A stretch of 64,000 bases of DNA from an uncultured virus (IMG/VR IMGVR_UViG_3300017941_000006) (lineage: Duplodnaviria > Heunggongvirae > Uroviricota > Caudoviricetes): IMG/VR virus record IMGVR_UViG_3300017941_000006; one strand, given 5' to 3'. The number at the start of each line of letters is the position of its first letter. Within the stretch, counting starts at the first letter, position 1. A program made the position numbers and the translations under genes. Under the pieces are notes generated by a model that ran no database searches, was not told where the DNA came from, and saw only the letters and a list, made by a program, of their open reading frames with translations. Positions 18,621 to 28,827 of this stretch are shown in pieces.

Positions 18621-19590
18621 AGTTATATTCATTGCTTATAACAGGCCGCAGTATTTCAAGCAAGAGTTGGAGTCTATCAAAGATCAGGTTATGGGTATGG
18701 ATGTTCATCTTATTCTTGACGGCCCTAAAGAGAAACAATTAAAAGGCGAAAGCACAGAATGGATGAGAGATAAATTTAAAGCATATCAGTTTGGATATGA
18801 GGAAGATGAGCGGAGAATTAATGAGTGTGAACAATTATTTAAAGAAGCTTTTAAGTCCTATCCAGATATAGATAGGAGAGTTCACAGAGAGAAGGAAAAT
18901 ATCGGCGGGGATAGAAATGTTGGCAAGGCTTATTACGTCGCTTTTGAAGAACTTGGGGCCAAGTATGCTTTTTTTATTGAAGATGATTTTGTTTTTGCCC
19001 CTGTCTATGTGGAGCAACTAAAGATTCTTTTTGACTTTTGTAAAGACGACAAAGATATCGTAATAATGACTTGTTTCGGGTATTTATCAAGGGAATGGCC
19101 TCCTGGAATATTGGATAAGCAGTATTGTAAACTTATAGAACAGTCGTGGCTTTGTGGTTCTTTGTGGAAAAGGGATGCATGGGAGATTCTTAAACCCCAT
19201 TTTGATATATATTTAGATTTAATCAAGAATAACCCTTGGGATGTGTTTGTTGAAAAACTAAAGGCGTATACAAAAAGCATTGGCATTCATTATCTTGATA
19301 GTGCCGGAGGCGAAGACTCTTTTCTTGCGAATGTTTTATCTATATATCAGAAATTAAGGGTAAGTACAGCTGGGGAATATCTTTATAACATAGGGAAAAC
19401 AGGCGCTCATTGTTATGAAGAGATGATAGGAAATCATCCTATGTTTATCAAAAATATTTATCCTAAAGTTGCCAGAGAACTTTACATCGACAAGCAACAC
19501 AGAGGTTTTCAACTTCAATTAACCGGAAGTCTATCGGAGGATTGGGAAGAGAAACGAAAAAAAATAATCGAAAACACTCTTCCTTATTAG
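18607..19590 (+). CDS. GT-A fold glycosyltransferase
   Basis: IAYNRPQYF, ILDGPK, FIEDDF, GED. Confidence 0.75.
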   Translation: MEDVKVIFIAYNRPQYFKQELESIKDQVMGMDVHLILDGPKEKQLKGESTEWMRDKFKAYQFGYEEDERRINECEQLFKEAFKSYPDIDRRVHREKENIGGDRNVGKAYYVAFEELGAKYAFFIEDDFVFAPVYVEQLKILFDFCKDDKDIVIMTCFGYLSREWPPGILDKQYCKLIEQSWLCGSLWKRDAWEILKPHFDIYLDLIKNNPWDVFVEKLKAYTKSIGIHYLDSAGGEDSFLANVLSIYQKLRVSTAGEYLYNIGKTGAHCYEEMIGNHPMFIKNIYPKVARELYIDKQHRGFQLQLTGSLSEDWEEKRKKIIENTLPY

Positions 19591-19593
19591 AAA

Positions 19594-20514
19594 ATGGAAA
19601 AACTTTACACCAGCACTACAGCTAAATTGCTTCACAATCTACATCGATTGATCGAGATAAAGAACGGAGTTTTCAGGCCTATATCTGTTCAATTTGCTCC
19701 GACTGATAAGTGCAATCTGGATTGCGATTTTTGCTCTGTTAAAAATCGGGAAGGTGATGAGATAGAAATTGGAGATGCTAAGAAAGCTGTTTTTGATTTT
19801 AAAAATTTAGGGGCCAAGACAATCGAATTTACAGGCGGAGGAGAACCCACTTTATATAAAGGGATTAATGAGCTCATTTTGTATTCTCACAATTTGATGT
19901 ATAGGATAGGATTTATAACTAATGGGATCAAACTTTCCAAGATTGTGGATGAGAATCTGGATAGGCTCGATTGGCTTAGAATTAGTTTGAACAGCCTGGA
20001 CTATGTCAAAGATATAGATGTCCCTAAAATAAAAGGCACTTTGGGATTTAGCTACGTCATAAATGATAGGACAACGGAAAAGACTTTCGAGAAGATCAAG
20101 CAATACAAAGAAAAATATGAAGCGACTTATGTTCGGATAGTTCCGAACTGTTTATCGGTAGACACAATAGAGGAGTCCAGGAAGAAAGCCGAGAACTTAT
20201 TGAATCAATCAAAGGGATTCTTTTTTCAGTCTAAAAAATATGATGTTCCGAAGAGATGCTGGATCGGATATCTGAAACCTTTTATAGCTCCGGATGGTTA
20301 TGTCTATGCGTGTTCTGCAAATCCGTTGATAGCAAGAAAGTTTGATCCAAGATTTAGAATAGGTCACATCTCTAATGTTAGGGAGATTTACGACCGTAAA
20401 GTTTTTATACCTTTCGATACTTCGGTATGCCAGAAAGGCAAATGTTTTTTCAAAGAGCATAATGATCTAATCGAAGACCTACTTTGCGAAATAGAACATG
20501 AGGATTTCATATAA
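19594..20514 (+). CDS. radical SAM protein with Twitch/SPASM-like C-terminus
   Basis: CNLDCDFC, TGGGEPTL, CWIG...DGYVYAC. Confidence 0.88.
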   Translation: MEKLYTSTTAKLLHNLHRLIEIKNGVFRPISVQFAPTDKCNLDCDFCSVKNREGDEIEIGDAKKAVFDFKNLGAKTIEFTGGGEPTLYKGINELILYSHNLMYRIGFITNGIKLSKIVDENLDRLDWLRISLNSLDYVKDIDVPKIKGTLGFSYVINDRTTEKTFEKIKQYKEKYEATYVRIVPNCLSVDTIEESRKKAENLLNQSKGFFFQSKKYDVPKRCWIGYLKPFIAPDGYVYACSANPLIARKFDPRFRIGHISNVREIYDRKVFIPFDTSVCQKGKCFFKEHNDLIEDLLCEIEHEDFI

Positions 20515-21164
20515 TGGATTATAGTGAGGAAGGAGCATTTTTAGTAAATTTCTTTAAAGAGCATCCTGCTAAATACAAGTTCTTGGTAGATGTCGGGGCT
20601 TTTACTACGGATGGTTCTAATACCCTTAATTTACTCGAGCTTGGATGGTCGGGACTTCTCATAGAACCTATGCCAATAGAAAAGTATTACAGACCCTTGG
20701 TTGAAGCTTTAAAAGGAAATGATAAAGTTAAATTTTGCAATTTAGCAATTTCGGATTTTTGCGGAACAGCTGAAGGTTTTGAATACTATGACGGTGAAGG
20801 CGCCCTGGCTGGTCATAGTTCGATGATGAATGAAACATATGATACAGGTGCTCAGAAGATGGTTGTTCGCATACCAAAGAAGAAGTTTTTGTTAACTGTT
20901 TCTACATTGCCTAAAGTTCTTGAAGACTATAATGTTCCCCTTGATTTTGATGTTCTTTCTGTGGATGCGGAGGGAATGGATTTTAGGATTCTTAAGCATC
21001 TTTTTTTAAAAAGCAGCTATCGTCCAAAGATTATAGTAGTTGAATGGGGGAAAGATTTTCCCCATCTTCAAGATTGGGAAACTCTGGAATCCGATGATTC
21101 AATTTTTGATGGATATGAACTTCTGCTTCAAACACAAGGCAATAGAATAATTTTGAGGAAGTAG
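20514..21164 (+). CDS. FkbM-family methyltransferase
   Basis: VDVGA..GSNT, GWSGLLIEP, DVLSVDAEGMD, RPKIIVVE. Confidence 0.85.
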   Translation: MDYSEEGAFLVNFFKEHPAKYKFLVDVGAFTTDGSNTLNLLELGWSGLLIEPMPIEKYYRPLVEALKGNDKVKFCNLAISDFCGTAEGFEYYDGEGALAGHSSMMNETYDTGAQKMVVRIPKKKFLLTVSTLPKVLEDYNVPLDFDVLSVDAEGMDFRILKHLFLKSSYRPKIIVVEWGKDFPHLQDWETLESDDSIFDGYELLLQTQGNRIILRK

Positions 21165-21171
21165 AGCCGGG

Positions 21172-21912
21172 ATGATTCCTCTTTTTTCGTCATTGCTTTT
21201 AGAAACATTTTCACTTTGTAACCGTCGGTGCACAACCTGTATTCGGAATTCTGATCCGGATCGTAAAGCATGGGAACCGTGGTTTGTTCCAAACGAACTT
21301 CCGATGGAGACAATAGTCTCTATTCTGCAGCAAGCTTTTGATCTGGGTTTCAGAGGAGAGGTATCTTTGATAGCAAATAATGAACCGCTTCTTGATAAAA
21401 GACTTCCAGAAATTGTTCGACTTGTAAAAGAAATGGGATTAATTCCCGAAGTTTTTTCAAATGGAGATTTCTTAACTAAAGAATTGGCGGCTAAATTGGA
21501 TGGAGTATTAAATCATTTTGGCATTGCCTTATATGACAAAAAAACCCGAGAGTCAAGAAAACAATGGATCAGTACCCTTTTCTCTAAAACACTTGTCTCT
21601 TTTAGCCATGGGCATGTAATTAATCATTTCCAAAGAGAAATGCCAAATCCAATAGATGCTCCATGTTCAGACTTGTTGGCAAGATGTATAATCAATCATC
21701 GTGGGGATGCAAATCTGTGCTGCGAAGATGGAATAGGCAGATTTAATTTAGGGAATATTTTTAACATGTCACTTTCTGATCTCTGGTTTTCTGAGAAACG
21801 AAAGGTTTTGTTTGAAATCCTCTCCAAACCAGGCGGACGTAAATTTCATCCGTATTGTGCGATACCACGAATGGAAAATATGGAGAGTATCGAAGAAGTA
21901 GAACACACATAA
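21172..21912 (+). CDS. radical SAM protein with Twitch/SPASM-like C-terminus
   Basis: CNRRCTTC, NEPLLD, SNGDFL, PC...GDANLCCED...LGNI. Confidence 0.85.
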   Translation: MIPLFSSLLLETFSLCNRRCTTCIRNSDPDRKAWEPWFVPNELPMETIVSILQQAFDLGFRGEVSLIANNEPLLDKRLPEIVRLVKEMGLIPEVFSNGDFLTKELAAKLDGVLNHFGIALYDKKTRESRKQWISTLFSKTLVSFSHGHVINHFQREMPNPIDAPCSDLLARCIINHRGDANLCCEDGIGRFNLGNIFNMSLSDLWFSEKRKVLFEILSKPGGRKFHPYCAIPRMENMESIEEVEHT

Positions 21913-21946
21913 ACTCGTGGTAATAGAATAGTTGCGAAGAAATAGT

Positions 21947-22534
21947 ATGAATTTTGAAAAAGATTATTTTGTAAATAGTAAGATAAGCAACTACAAGGAC
22001 TACCGAGCTAAGAAGTTCGAGAGCTTGGCTCAAGACCTTCTGGAATATCTTGCACCCAAAGTTATTGACTTCGGTTGTGCAACCGGTGGATTGATTTATG
22101 TTTTGAAGAAGCTTGGCGTTGATTGCGAAGGCACAGATATCAGCCATTGGGCAATCGAATACGGCAAGGAGTTTTATGGGCTCGAGAAAGAACTGAAGTA
22201 TTATACCAGGGACATTTTAACTACAGCAAAAGGATTGACAGTTCTTTTCCTTGATACTCTTGAACATATGCCTATTTATGAGATAGAATTCTTGCTTTCT
22301 ATTCTTAAAAAGGTTAAGCCTAAAAATGTGATTGTCAGAATTCCTGTGTCCGAGAAAGAGGGAGAAGATTTTGTTTTAGAAGTGAGTAGAAACGATAAGA
22401 CCCATATAAATGTTCACTCGAAAAAGTGGTGGGAAAAACTATTTAAAAAACATGGATTTATATGGAAGAGCAGTTTAAGAGGTAAAACAATTTACGATTC
22501 TGAGGGGGTTATGGCAGGAGTGTTTGTAATATGA
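21947..22534 (+). CDS. class I SAM-dependent methyltransferase
   Basis: VIDFGCATG, GTDIS, DTLEH, DKTHINV; start taken as ATG at 21947. Confidence 0.82.
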   Translation: MNFEKDYFVNSKISNYKDYRAKKFESLAQDLLEYLAPKVIDFGCATGGLIYVLKKLGVDCEGTDISHWAIEYGKEFYGLEKELKYYTRDILTTAKGLTVLFLDTLEHMPIYEIEFLLSILKKVKPKNVIVRIPVSEKEGEDFVLEVSRNDKTHINVHSKKWWEKLFKKHGFIWKSSLRGKTIYDSEGVMAGVFVI

Positions 22535-23571
22535 GAGATTTAAGAATCTTAGTTACGTCTGCGGGCGGCCCATCTTTTCCCGGTGCTTTAAAGGGTTTAA
22601 AGGAGAATGGCGAACGATCTATTGATGTCATTGCCGTAGATGCAAGTCCGGAATCTTCGGGCGGTAGAATGCCGGATGTTGAGAAGTTTTATACTGTCCC
22701 TTTAGCTAAAGATCGGTACTATCTTGATGAGCTTTTTAAAATAGTAGACAAGGAAAAAATCGATGCCATCATTCCTTTAAGTACAGCTGAGAGTATTGTA
22801 TTATCCGAGAATCAAGATCATGTTCCTGTTATGGTTTCTGATAGTCCTCAAATTAAGGATGTAACAGATAAATATTGGCTTTATTCTAAAATTCACCAAG
22901 AGTTAGGGATACAACCGATTGCTCATGCTCGGACAGATTTCAGACATTTGCCAGAGTATATAAAAGCTCTTGGCTATCCGGATAAAATTTTATGTGTAAA
23001 ACCTATTAATGGAGAAGGAACTCGGGGTTTCTATATTCTTGATAACCACGCCGATACCATTGTTCAATATTACCAAAGCAAACACGTTAATAGGATGACT
23101 TATGCACAGTTTATGGTTCTTTTCCCCGGAAGATCCCAACAAATTTTATTGATGGAATATATAGAAGGGATAGAATACTCTGTTGATGTTCTAATAAAAG
23201 ACTGCAACGTCATCGCAACACGTATCAGGCGTCGGGACAAAGTAGTAAATGGAGTTTCTATCATTGGAACTATTATAGATAGGCCTGATATTCATGAGAT
23301 GAGTATACGTCTCGCAGAGCATTTTAAATTGAACTTTTGTGTTGGAATTCAGTTTATTGAATCTCTTGGGAATTTATATCTGTTAGAAATTAACCCCAGG
23401 CTTCAAAGTGGAGTCACATTAGCCATTGAAGCAGGAGTCAATTTTCCATATTTAGGTCTTAAAATTTTACTAAAAGAACCTTTTGAATATTACGATTTTA
23501 ATTCTTCTATTAGAATTTTTGATGGTCTAAAGATGTATCGTTACTGGAAGGATGCCTATGTTCCAAGATAA
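22531..23571 (+). CDS. ATP-grasp domain protein
   Basis: ILVTSAGG, DKY, VKPINGEGTRG, MEYIEGIEYSVD, LLEINPR. Confidence 0.85.
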   Translation: MRDLRILVTSAGGPSFPGALKGLKENGERSIDVIAVDASPESSGGRMPDVEKFYTVPLAKDRYYLDELFKIVDKEKIDAIIPLSTAESIVLSENQDHVPVMVSDSPQIKDVTDKYWLYSKIHQELGIQPIAHARTDFRHLPEYIKALGYPDKILCVKPINGEGTRGFYILDNHADTIVQYYQSKHVNRMTYAQFMVLFPGRSQQILLMEYIEGIEYSVDVLIKDCNVIATRIRRRDKVVNGVSIIGTIIDRPDIHEMSIRLAEHFKLNFCVGIQFIESLGNLYLLEINPRLQSGVTLAIEAGVNFPYLGLKILLKEPFEYYDFNSSIRIFDGLKMYRYWKDAYVPR

Positions 23572-24178
23572 AAATATATTGGCTATCGGGGCCCATCCTG
23601 ATGACATAGAATGGGGGGCTCTGGGGACTTTGCTAAAGTACCGAAACGTAAGTAAAATATACTGTTTTATATCTTCGTTAGGAAGAGGCGGAGATCCGAT
23701 TGATCCGATACTAAGAAAAGAAGAGACAGAGAATACCTTTTCGGCCCTTTGTCCGGAGGAAATAATCTGGCAAGAGAAAAAGATTCCCGATCCTCCTTAT
23801 CATGAGAACGTAAAGCTTCTGGATGACTTGATAGGATATCGGAACATTGATGTGATTTTCACCCCGAGTCACCACGATGCTCATCAAGATCATAGATTAA
23901 TAAATGAGATCACTCTTACAGCTTGCAGACGTAGTTTAATAACTGTATTATGTTATGCTACCCCGGGTACTACTCTTGATTTTAATCCACGACTATTTTC
24001 TGATATAACAGATTTTTTTGAAGCTAAGTGTAGAGCCATGACAAACCATGCTTCGCAAAAGTATAAATTTTATCTTTCAAGAAATTGTTTAGAATCCATG
24101 CACTCTGATACTTACGCATTTATGTGTGGGAAGAAAGCATGGGTTGAAAGGTTTGAAATCGAGAAATGTTTTATTTAA
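23552..24178 (+). CDS. PIG-L/LmbE-family N-acetyl-sugar deacetylase
   Basis: AHPDDIE and DAHQDH motifs. Confidence 0.88.
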   Translation: MPMFQDKNILAIGAHPDDIEWGALGTLLKYRNVSKIYCFISSLGRGGDPIDPILRKEETENTFSALCPEEIIWQEKKIPDPPYHENVKLLDDLIGYRNIDVIFTPSHHDAHQDHRLINEITLTACRRSLITVLCYATPGTTLDFNPRLFSDITDFFEAKCRAMTNHASQKYKFYLSRNCLESMHSDTYAFMCGKKAWVERFEIEKCFI

Positions 24179-24205
24179 AACTTGAAGCAATAAGGAGACT
24201 GTATA

Positions 24206-24766
24206 ATGGGAAATGTTTTTGAGGTGCTTGGTGAGAGAACTATAAACGGAGAATCAGACTACTTTTCTAATAGGCTTGTTCTGGAACGATGTGAGAATAT
24301 CCATTTACATTACCGTAACGCCAGAATAGAGCTATCAAATAGGGAGTTTATAGAGTTGTTCTGTACTTTCACAGAGGCCTTCAGAACTTTTCAAAAATAT
24401 ATCTTAGCAAATTCTTTAATTGGATGTGTTAATCTTGAGGATATCGATCCCTTTGATGGCGGACACAAGCAGGAAGGAGATTATTTTGATTGTGGGAAGG
24501 AGCAAGATGATCATATAAAGGGAATTGATTATGCAAAAAGTATTATTTTAGAGGGTAAGGATATACTTCCTATTGCTGTCTATCGTTGTGAGGGGGATAA
24601 ATTTAAAAGACTCGATGGCTTCAAGCGCTATTGGGCGTACAAAGAATTAGGAAAGCCTAACATTATGTGTTATATTCTTCAGGAGTGGTTGCCAGGAATC
24701 CAACATGAGCTACCTATGTGGTTTGAAGCCGGAGTATCCAAAATAGCAGAAGGGCCGATGAAATGA
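24206..24766 (+). CDS. protein with C-terminal ParB/Srx-like domain
   Basis: ILPIAV...RLDGFKRYWAYKELG. Confidence 0.6.
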   Translation: MGNVFEVLGERTINGESDYFSNRLVLERCENIHLHYRNARIELSNREFIELFCTFTEAFRTFQKYILANSLIGCVNLEDIDPFDGGHKQEGDYFDCGKEQDDHIKGIDYAKSIILEGKDILPIAVYRCEGDKFKRLDGFKRYWAYKELGKPNIMCYILQEWLPGIQHELPMWFEAGVSKIAEGPMK

Positions 24767-25326
24767 CAGCCAGAAAAAAGTTGAAAATACAAGAGTTGGT
24801 AAAACAAAGAGCGGTAGAAGATCTTCCGATTAAACTTCATCTTGGATGCGGTGATCAACATTTGGATGGATGGATTAACTCTGATTACTACGATTTAAGA
24901 GTTGCCGATGTTCAAGTAGATGCTTCAAAGATACCACTTCCAGATAATAGTGTAGATGAAATTTATGCTTCTCACTTAATCGAACACTTTGATTTTCATC
25001 AAGGTTGGACGCTTTTGGGGGAATGGCATAGAGTGTTGAAGAAGAGTGGAAAATTAACTCTCGAGACCCCTGATCTTTTAGGATTATGTCAAGAGTTTCC
25101 AAAGGCAGATACGAATGGAAAAGTAATGCTTTATGGAGCTTTCTTTGGCTTCCCATGGTATGAGGGGAATGGGCATAAGTTTCTTTATACTGAAGTTCAA
25201 TTGTTTTGGACTTTATCGAAAGTTGGATTTACAAATATCCTAAGAGTTAAACCAGATTCAATTTATGCCAGGTCGGCTCCACAGTTCGAATCTACGTTTT
25301 TGAAAGTTGAGTCATATAAAAAATAA
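24763..25326 (+). CDS. class I SAM methyltransferase-like protein
   Basis: LHLGCG, DNSVDEIYASHLIEH, EWHRVLK..G..TPD. Confidence 0.82.
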   Translation: MTARKKLKIQELVKQRAVEDLPIKLHLGCGDQHLDGWINSDYYDLRVADVQVDASKIPLPDNSVDEIYASHLIEHFDFHQGWTLLGEWHRVLKKSGKLTLETPDLLGLCQEFPKADTNGKVMLYGAFFGFPWYEGNGHKFLYTEVQLFWTLSKVGFTNILRVKPDSIYARSAPQFESTFLKVESYKK

Positions 25327-25366
25327 GAACTATTTTTTGTTTAATAATATGAGAAGGGAGGATAAC

Positions 25367-26284
25367 ATGAAAACTTTAGAGGAACTTAAGAAAGATGGTT
25401 TAAAAATTCTTAGAAGTAAAGAAACAAAACTTAACAAAGAGGCTTCTTTATTGAAGTTTATTGATTCAGTCTACAATAATGGAGCTACTTTGGAAAGAAA
25501 CTTTCCCATCGGCGGCTATGAAAAGAAAGGGGAATACACACTTGGAAAAGCCCCGAAGAAAGAACTTCCGATTGTGGACGTAATAACACCTGTATTTAAT
25601 GCTGATTGGATTCTTCAAAAAACTTTAAATGCTCTTTTGGATCAGACATATGTAAATTGGCGTCTTTGGGTTGTTAATGACGGCTCTATTGATAAAAGTC
25701 TTGATATGATTTGGGCTTTTGCTCAGAATGCTGGACTTGATAGAGTTAAAATCTTTGATGGCCCTAACCAGGGAGTTAGTAGTGCCCGGAACTATGCCAG
25801 ACAGATGCTCTTTAGTGGGGTTGCAACACCAGGCGACTATGTGGCTTTCATGGATGCCGATGATGTCTGGGATCCAAAGCACCTTGAAGAGTCTGTTAAG
25901 CATCTTCAAGGCACACCACGTTTAAAGATAGATTTCATGTATAGTGATGTGGATTGTGTGTTTCCCGATGGTTCCCAAGCTTTCCCTTATGGCATAGCAT
26001 ACCATGAGGTCTTAGACATTACAAAACTTCCTGTTGAAAATCCTATCTATACATCCACGGTTGTATGCAAGATGGACGTTTTGAAAGAGGTAGGAGAATT
26101 CGATGGGAGAATTAACGGAAGAGAAGACCATGATTACTGGTGTCGTGTTGCCAAGGCCGGATTTAAGATGAGTCACTTAAGGAAGACACTTACCACATAT
26201 ACAGTTAATCCTGGAGGAGTGGCAGGGACATGGAATGAAGAGAAGGCTAAAATTTTTAAACAGAAGAGGGAAGATGAAGAATGA
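25367..26284 (+). CDS. GT2-family glycosyltransferase
   Basis: VITPVFN, VNDGSID, NQGVSSARN, FMDADD, EDHDYW; start taken as ATG at 25367 after SD ggagg. Confidence 0.88.
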   Translation: MKTLEELKKDGLKILRSKETKLNKEASLLKFIDSVYNNGATLERNFPIGGYEKKGEYTLGKAPKKELPIVDVITPVFNADWILQKTLNALLDQTYVNWRLWVVNDGSIDKSLDMIWAFAQNAGLDRVKIFDGPNQGVSSARNYARQMLFSGVATPGDYVAFMDADDVWDPKHLEESVKHLQGTPRLKIDFMYSDVDCVFPDGSQAFPYGIAYHEVLDITKLPVENPIYTSTVVCKMDVLKEVGEFDGRINGREDHDYWCRVAKAGFKMSHLRKTLTTYTVNPGGVAGTWNEEKAKIFKQKREDEE

Positions 26285-26463
26285 GATGTGATGATTGCCT
26301 ACAATTTATTACTCAATGGGATAGTCATGTTGTTCCCAAGAACTTCTTTTGCGAACGACCGAAAGGTCATAAGGGAAAACATCGTTACAAAGGGAAAGTA
26401 GGGATTTCATATGTTCAAGATCAGAGTTTTAGCATTGAATGGGAGAAAATAAAGAAGAGATGA
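26281..26463 (+). CDS. small Cys/His protein
   Basis: CDDC...CERPKGHKGKH; overlapping start/stop. Confidence 0.5.
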   Translation: MRCDDCLQFITQWDSHVVPKNFFCERPKGHKGKHRYKGKVGISYVQDQSFSIEWEKIKKR

Positions 26464-26942
26464 CGAAATCATGCGGATGTGATGCAGCTTGTTATGGATA
26501 CGGGGCTGACTATGCTCGAGATGAGAAAGACGAGAGGGAACAGAGTCATCAACGTTCGGGCGTTGCAGGGGTCTCTGGATTTACTGGCTTTTCCGGCTTT
26601 TCCGGAGTATACCCAGCAGAATTGGAAATCATGAACGCTCCTGAACCGAAGCCTCCGGAGATTGTCCTTGATACTTTAGTTCTTTGTAACCACAAGTTTG
26701 AGGACTTCCCTTGGGCTGGTCAACATCCTTTAAGTGGGAGAATTTATAAAGTTACTGCCGTTGACCAAGTCAGAGAGGGTAGCGTGTTGTTTCTTGGTCT
26801 TGAAGGTGTAAACAATGGAAGACCAGGATGGAATGCGGTTTACTTCATTCCTATTAAAGACACCCAGGAGAAACCTGAAGTTGAGAAGCCTTTACGAAGA
26901 GTTATAAGATGTGAGGAAGAAGACAATGGAAGTAATACCTAA
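26439..26942 (+). CDS. hypothetical protein with a short Gly-X-Ser tract
   Basis: SGVAGVSGFTGFSGFSGVY. Confidence 0.55.
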   Translation: MGENKEEMTKSCGCDAACYGYGADYARDEKDEREQSHQRSGVAGVSGFTGFSGFSGVYPAELEIMNAPEPKPPEIVLDTLVLCNHKFEDFPWAGQHPLSGRIYKVTAVDQVREGSVLFLGLEGVNNGRPGWNAVYFIPIKDTQEKPEVEKPLRRVIRCEEEDNGSNT

Positions 26943-27159
26943 TGGAATGGTAAATTGGGATGCCGATTGGAGTAACTGTTACCAAGTATTTCCCAAAAAA
27001 GGTAAGATGCGCTGGTGTCAAGCATGTTTTGAATATCATGATCTTGCTTGCTTCTTCCATTTCCGTGGGGGTATGATGGGTTGCATGTTGAATAAGTCTT
27101 GCAGAAGTAAAGCTATGGCAAAGATCAAAGGACAGGGAGGTATAGGTGCGAAGAAGTAA
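26911..27159 (+). CDS. small Cys-rich hypothetical protein
   Basis: CQAC...C...C...C. Confidence 0.45.
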   Translation: MRKKTMEVIPNGMVNWDADWSNCYQVFPKKGKMRWCQACFEYHDLACFFHFRGGMMGCMLNKSCRSKAMAKIKGQGGIGAKK

Positions 27160-27367
27160 GAGTAAATTCAGATGTAAGCTCTGTGGATTTTTTACTAAGG
27201 AACTTCATAATTGTGTCTTAACATATGAAGACATAGGGATAAATATACTCTTGTGTCATAGATGTTTACGAAGACTTGGGTGGAGAAGACTAAACAAAGG
27301 GGAAAGAGCAAGTGAATCCTTGGGGCATTTAGAGTCTCCCACAGGGCCTCACTTCGGAGCTCATTAA
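27146..27367 (+). CDS. small zinc-finger protein
   Basis: CKLC...CHRC; SD ggagg before GTG. Confidence 0.5.
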   Translation: MRRSKSKFRCKLCGFFTKELHNCVLTYEDIGINILLCHRCLRRLGWRRLNKGERASESLGHLESPTGPHFGAH

Positions 27368-27383
27368 TGAGAGGGGTTAAACT

Positions 27384-27779
27384 ATGGAAGAAAAATCAAA
27401 AACAAAAGTGATTGATCTATGCGAAAGTTGTCAACATTCTTGGATAGTAGAAGGCCCGGACTTTAAGAACAAAAGATGCATGCGTAGTGGTAACTGGCTT
27501 GGTATTAATGTCATAACAGACTGCAATCGCTATTTAAAAGAAGGAGCAAAAGGAAAAGTTACCTTTCATGATCCTACCTTTGTCGATTACGAAAAGGAGA
27601 TGTTAAAAGAAGAGAAAGACGAACTTGTCCCTGTTGAAGCAGTCGGGATTAAGAATCTGAAGTATTGCAAAAAACATAGGACTATTGTCCTCCCTTACAA
27701 TGGTGAAATGCCTTGTTGCATGAAGGCAGAGTTAGAAGAGTATCGGTTAGAAGCAATCGAAATACTTAAAATGATGTAG
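27384..27779 (+). CDS. Cys-rich hypothetical protein
   Basis: CESC..C..C and CKKH..CC. Confidence 0.55.
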   Translation: MEEKSKTKVIDLCESCQHSWIVEGPDFKNKRCMRSGNWLGINVITDCNRYLKEGAKGKVTFHDPTFVDYEKEMLKEEKDELVPVEAVGIKNLKYCKKHRTIVLPYNGEMPCCMKAELEEYRLEAIEILKMM

Positions 27780-27785
27780 CCTAAG

Positions 27786-27815
27786 ACGTAAAAACCATGT
27801 CTTAAAGACATCTTC
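27786..27815. promoter_or_regulatory. operator-like element, copy 1 (ATGTCT-N3-AGACAT palindrome)
   Basis: 28/30 identical to 52208-52237; both copies intergenic. Confidence 0.6.
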
Positions 27816-27865
27816 ATCCTCTTTTCATAAGAGGATAAGGAAAGATCGCTGCATAGGGTTAAAAG

Positions 27866-28708
27866 ATGAGAATTGAAGTCGGGATTGGAACCCTTGGAAG
27901 ATGGGAAAACTTAGCTGTAGTGTTAGGCTGCCTGTTGTCTCAAACATTTAAGGACTGGGACTTAACCATTATTGATGATTCCCCCGATCCTCGGGTCGAT
28001 ATTAGAACAAGAAGTGTTTTTGATAATTTGCTTAAGTTGTTAGAAGAAAAGGGCCATAGATGGAAGGTGCTTATTGGAAAACGCAAGGGCCCACAGTTTG
28101 TCCATTCTTTGATAACAGCTAATTCAGAGAACCCTCTTACATGGAAAATAGATGATGACCTTTATTTTGATCCCAAAATAATGAAAATCTTACACAACGT
28201 GTTTGCAGACAAGAAAGTTGGATGTGTTGGGTCTTTAGCGTTTATTCCAGGTTCCAAGAGAAACTTCTTGCCTGAATCATGGAAAAGTATTAAAGAGTTT
28301 AATGGAAAAGTTTTTACGGGATCAAATATAATGGGGGTAGGATACGGTTGTGCCCAACATTATGTTATTCATAAAGACCCAAAACCTAAAGAGGTAGAAC
28401 ATCTTGCCGGGGCAATAATGTTTCGGACTGAAATCGGACAAAAGTTTGGATGGAATCTAAATCTTAGTCGTTTAGGACATACCAGTGAAACAGAGTTCAC
28501 CTATCGGTTCTTCAAAGCTGGCTATAAGTGTTTACTTGTACCCGAAACTGTCGTGTATCATTTTTTAACTCCTGATGCGCTTTCACATAGAAGAAAGGAG
28601 ACGGATGAGTTAAGAAAGCAGGATTTGTCTCAATTCTTTGATCATGTAAGACAATGGGCTTTAGGAGCTGGTGCATATCCACGGAAAGATAGTGGAGGGG
28701 AAGGATGA
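27866..28708 (+). CDS. GT2-family glycosyltransferase
   Basis: WDLTIIDDS, KIDDD, ETEFTYRFFKAGYK; paralog of the N-half of 31563-33293. Confidence 0.82.
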   Translation: MRIEVGIGTLGRWENLAVVLGCLLSQTFKDWDLTIIDDSPDPRVDIRTRSVFDNLLKLLEEKGHRWKVLIGKRKGPQFVHSLITANSENPLTWKIDDDLYFDPKIMKILHNVFADKKVGCVGSLAFIPGSKRNFLPESWKSIKEFNGKVFTGSNIMGVGYGCAQHYVIHKDPKPKEVEHLAGAIMFRTEIGQKFGWNLNLSRLGHTSETEFTYRFFKAGYKCLLVPETVVYHFLTPDALSHRRKETDELRKQDLSQFFDHVRQWALGAGAYPRKDSGGEG

Positions 28709-28827
28709 GGGTTAAATTTACAATTTATCAGTCTATGAAAGATCGTTTTAATATCTTCTATGTCGGAAAGAGGTGTAAAAAATGTGGTGTAGTAATTACC
28801 TTAAAATGTAAGGTCGGGCAAAAATGA
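28705..28827 (+). CDS. 40-aa hypothetical protein (not in the ORF track)
   Basis: ATGA overlaps at both ends; CKKC. Confidence 0.4.
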   Translation: MRVKFTIYQSMKDRFNIFYVGKRCKKCGVVITLKCKVGQK

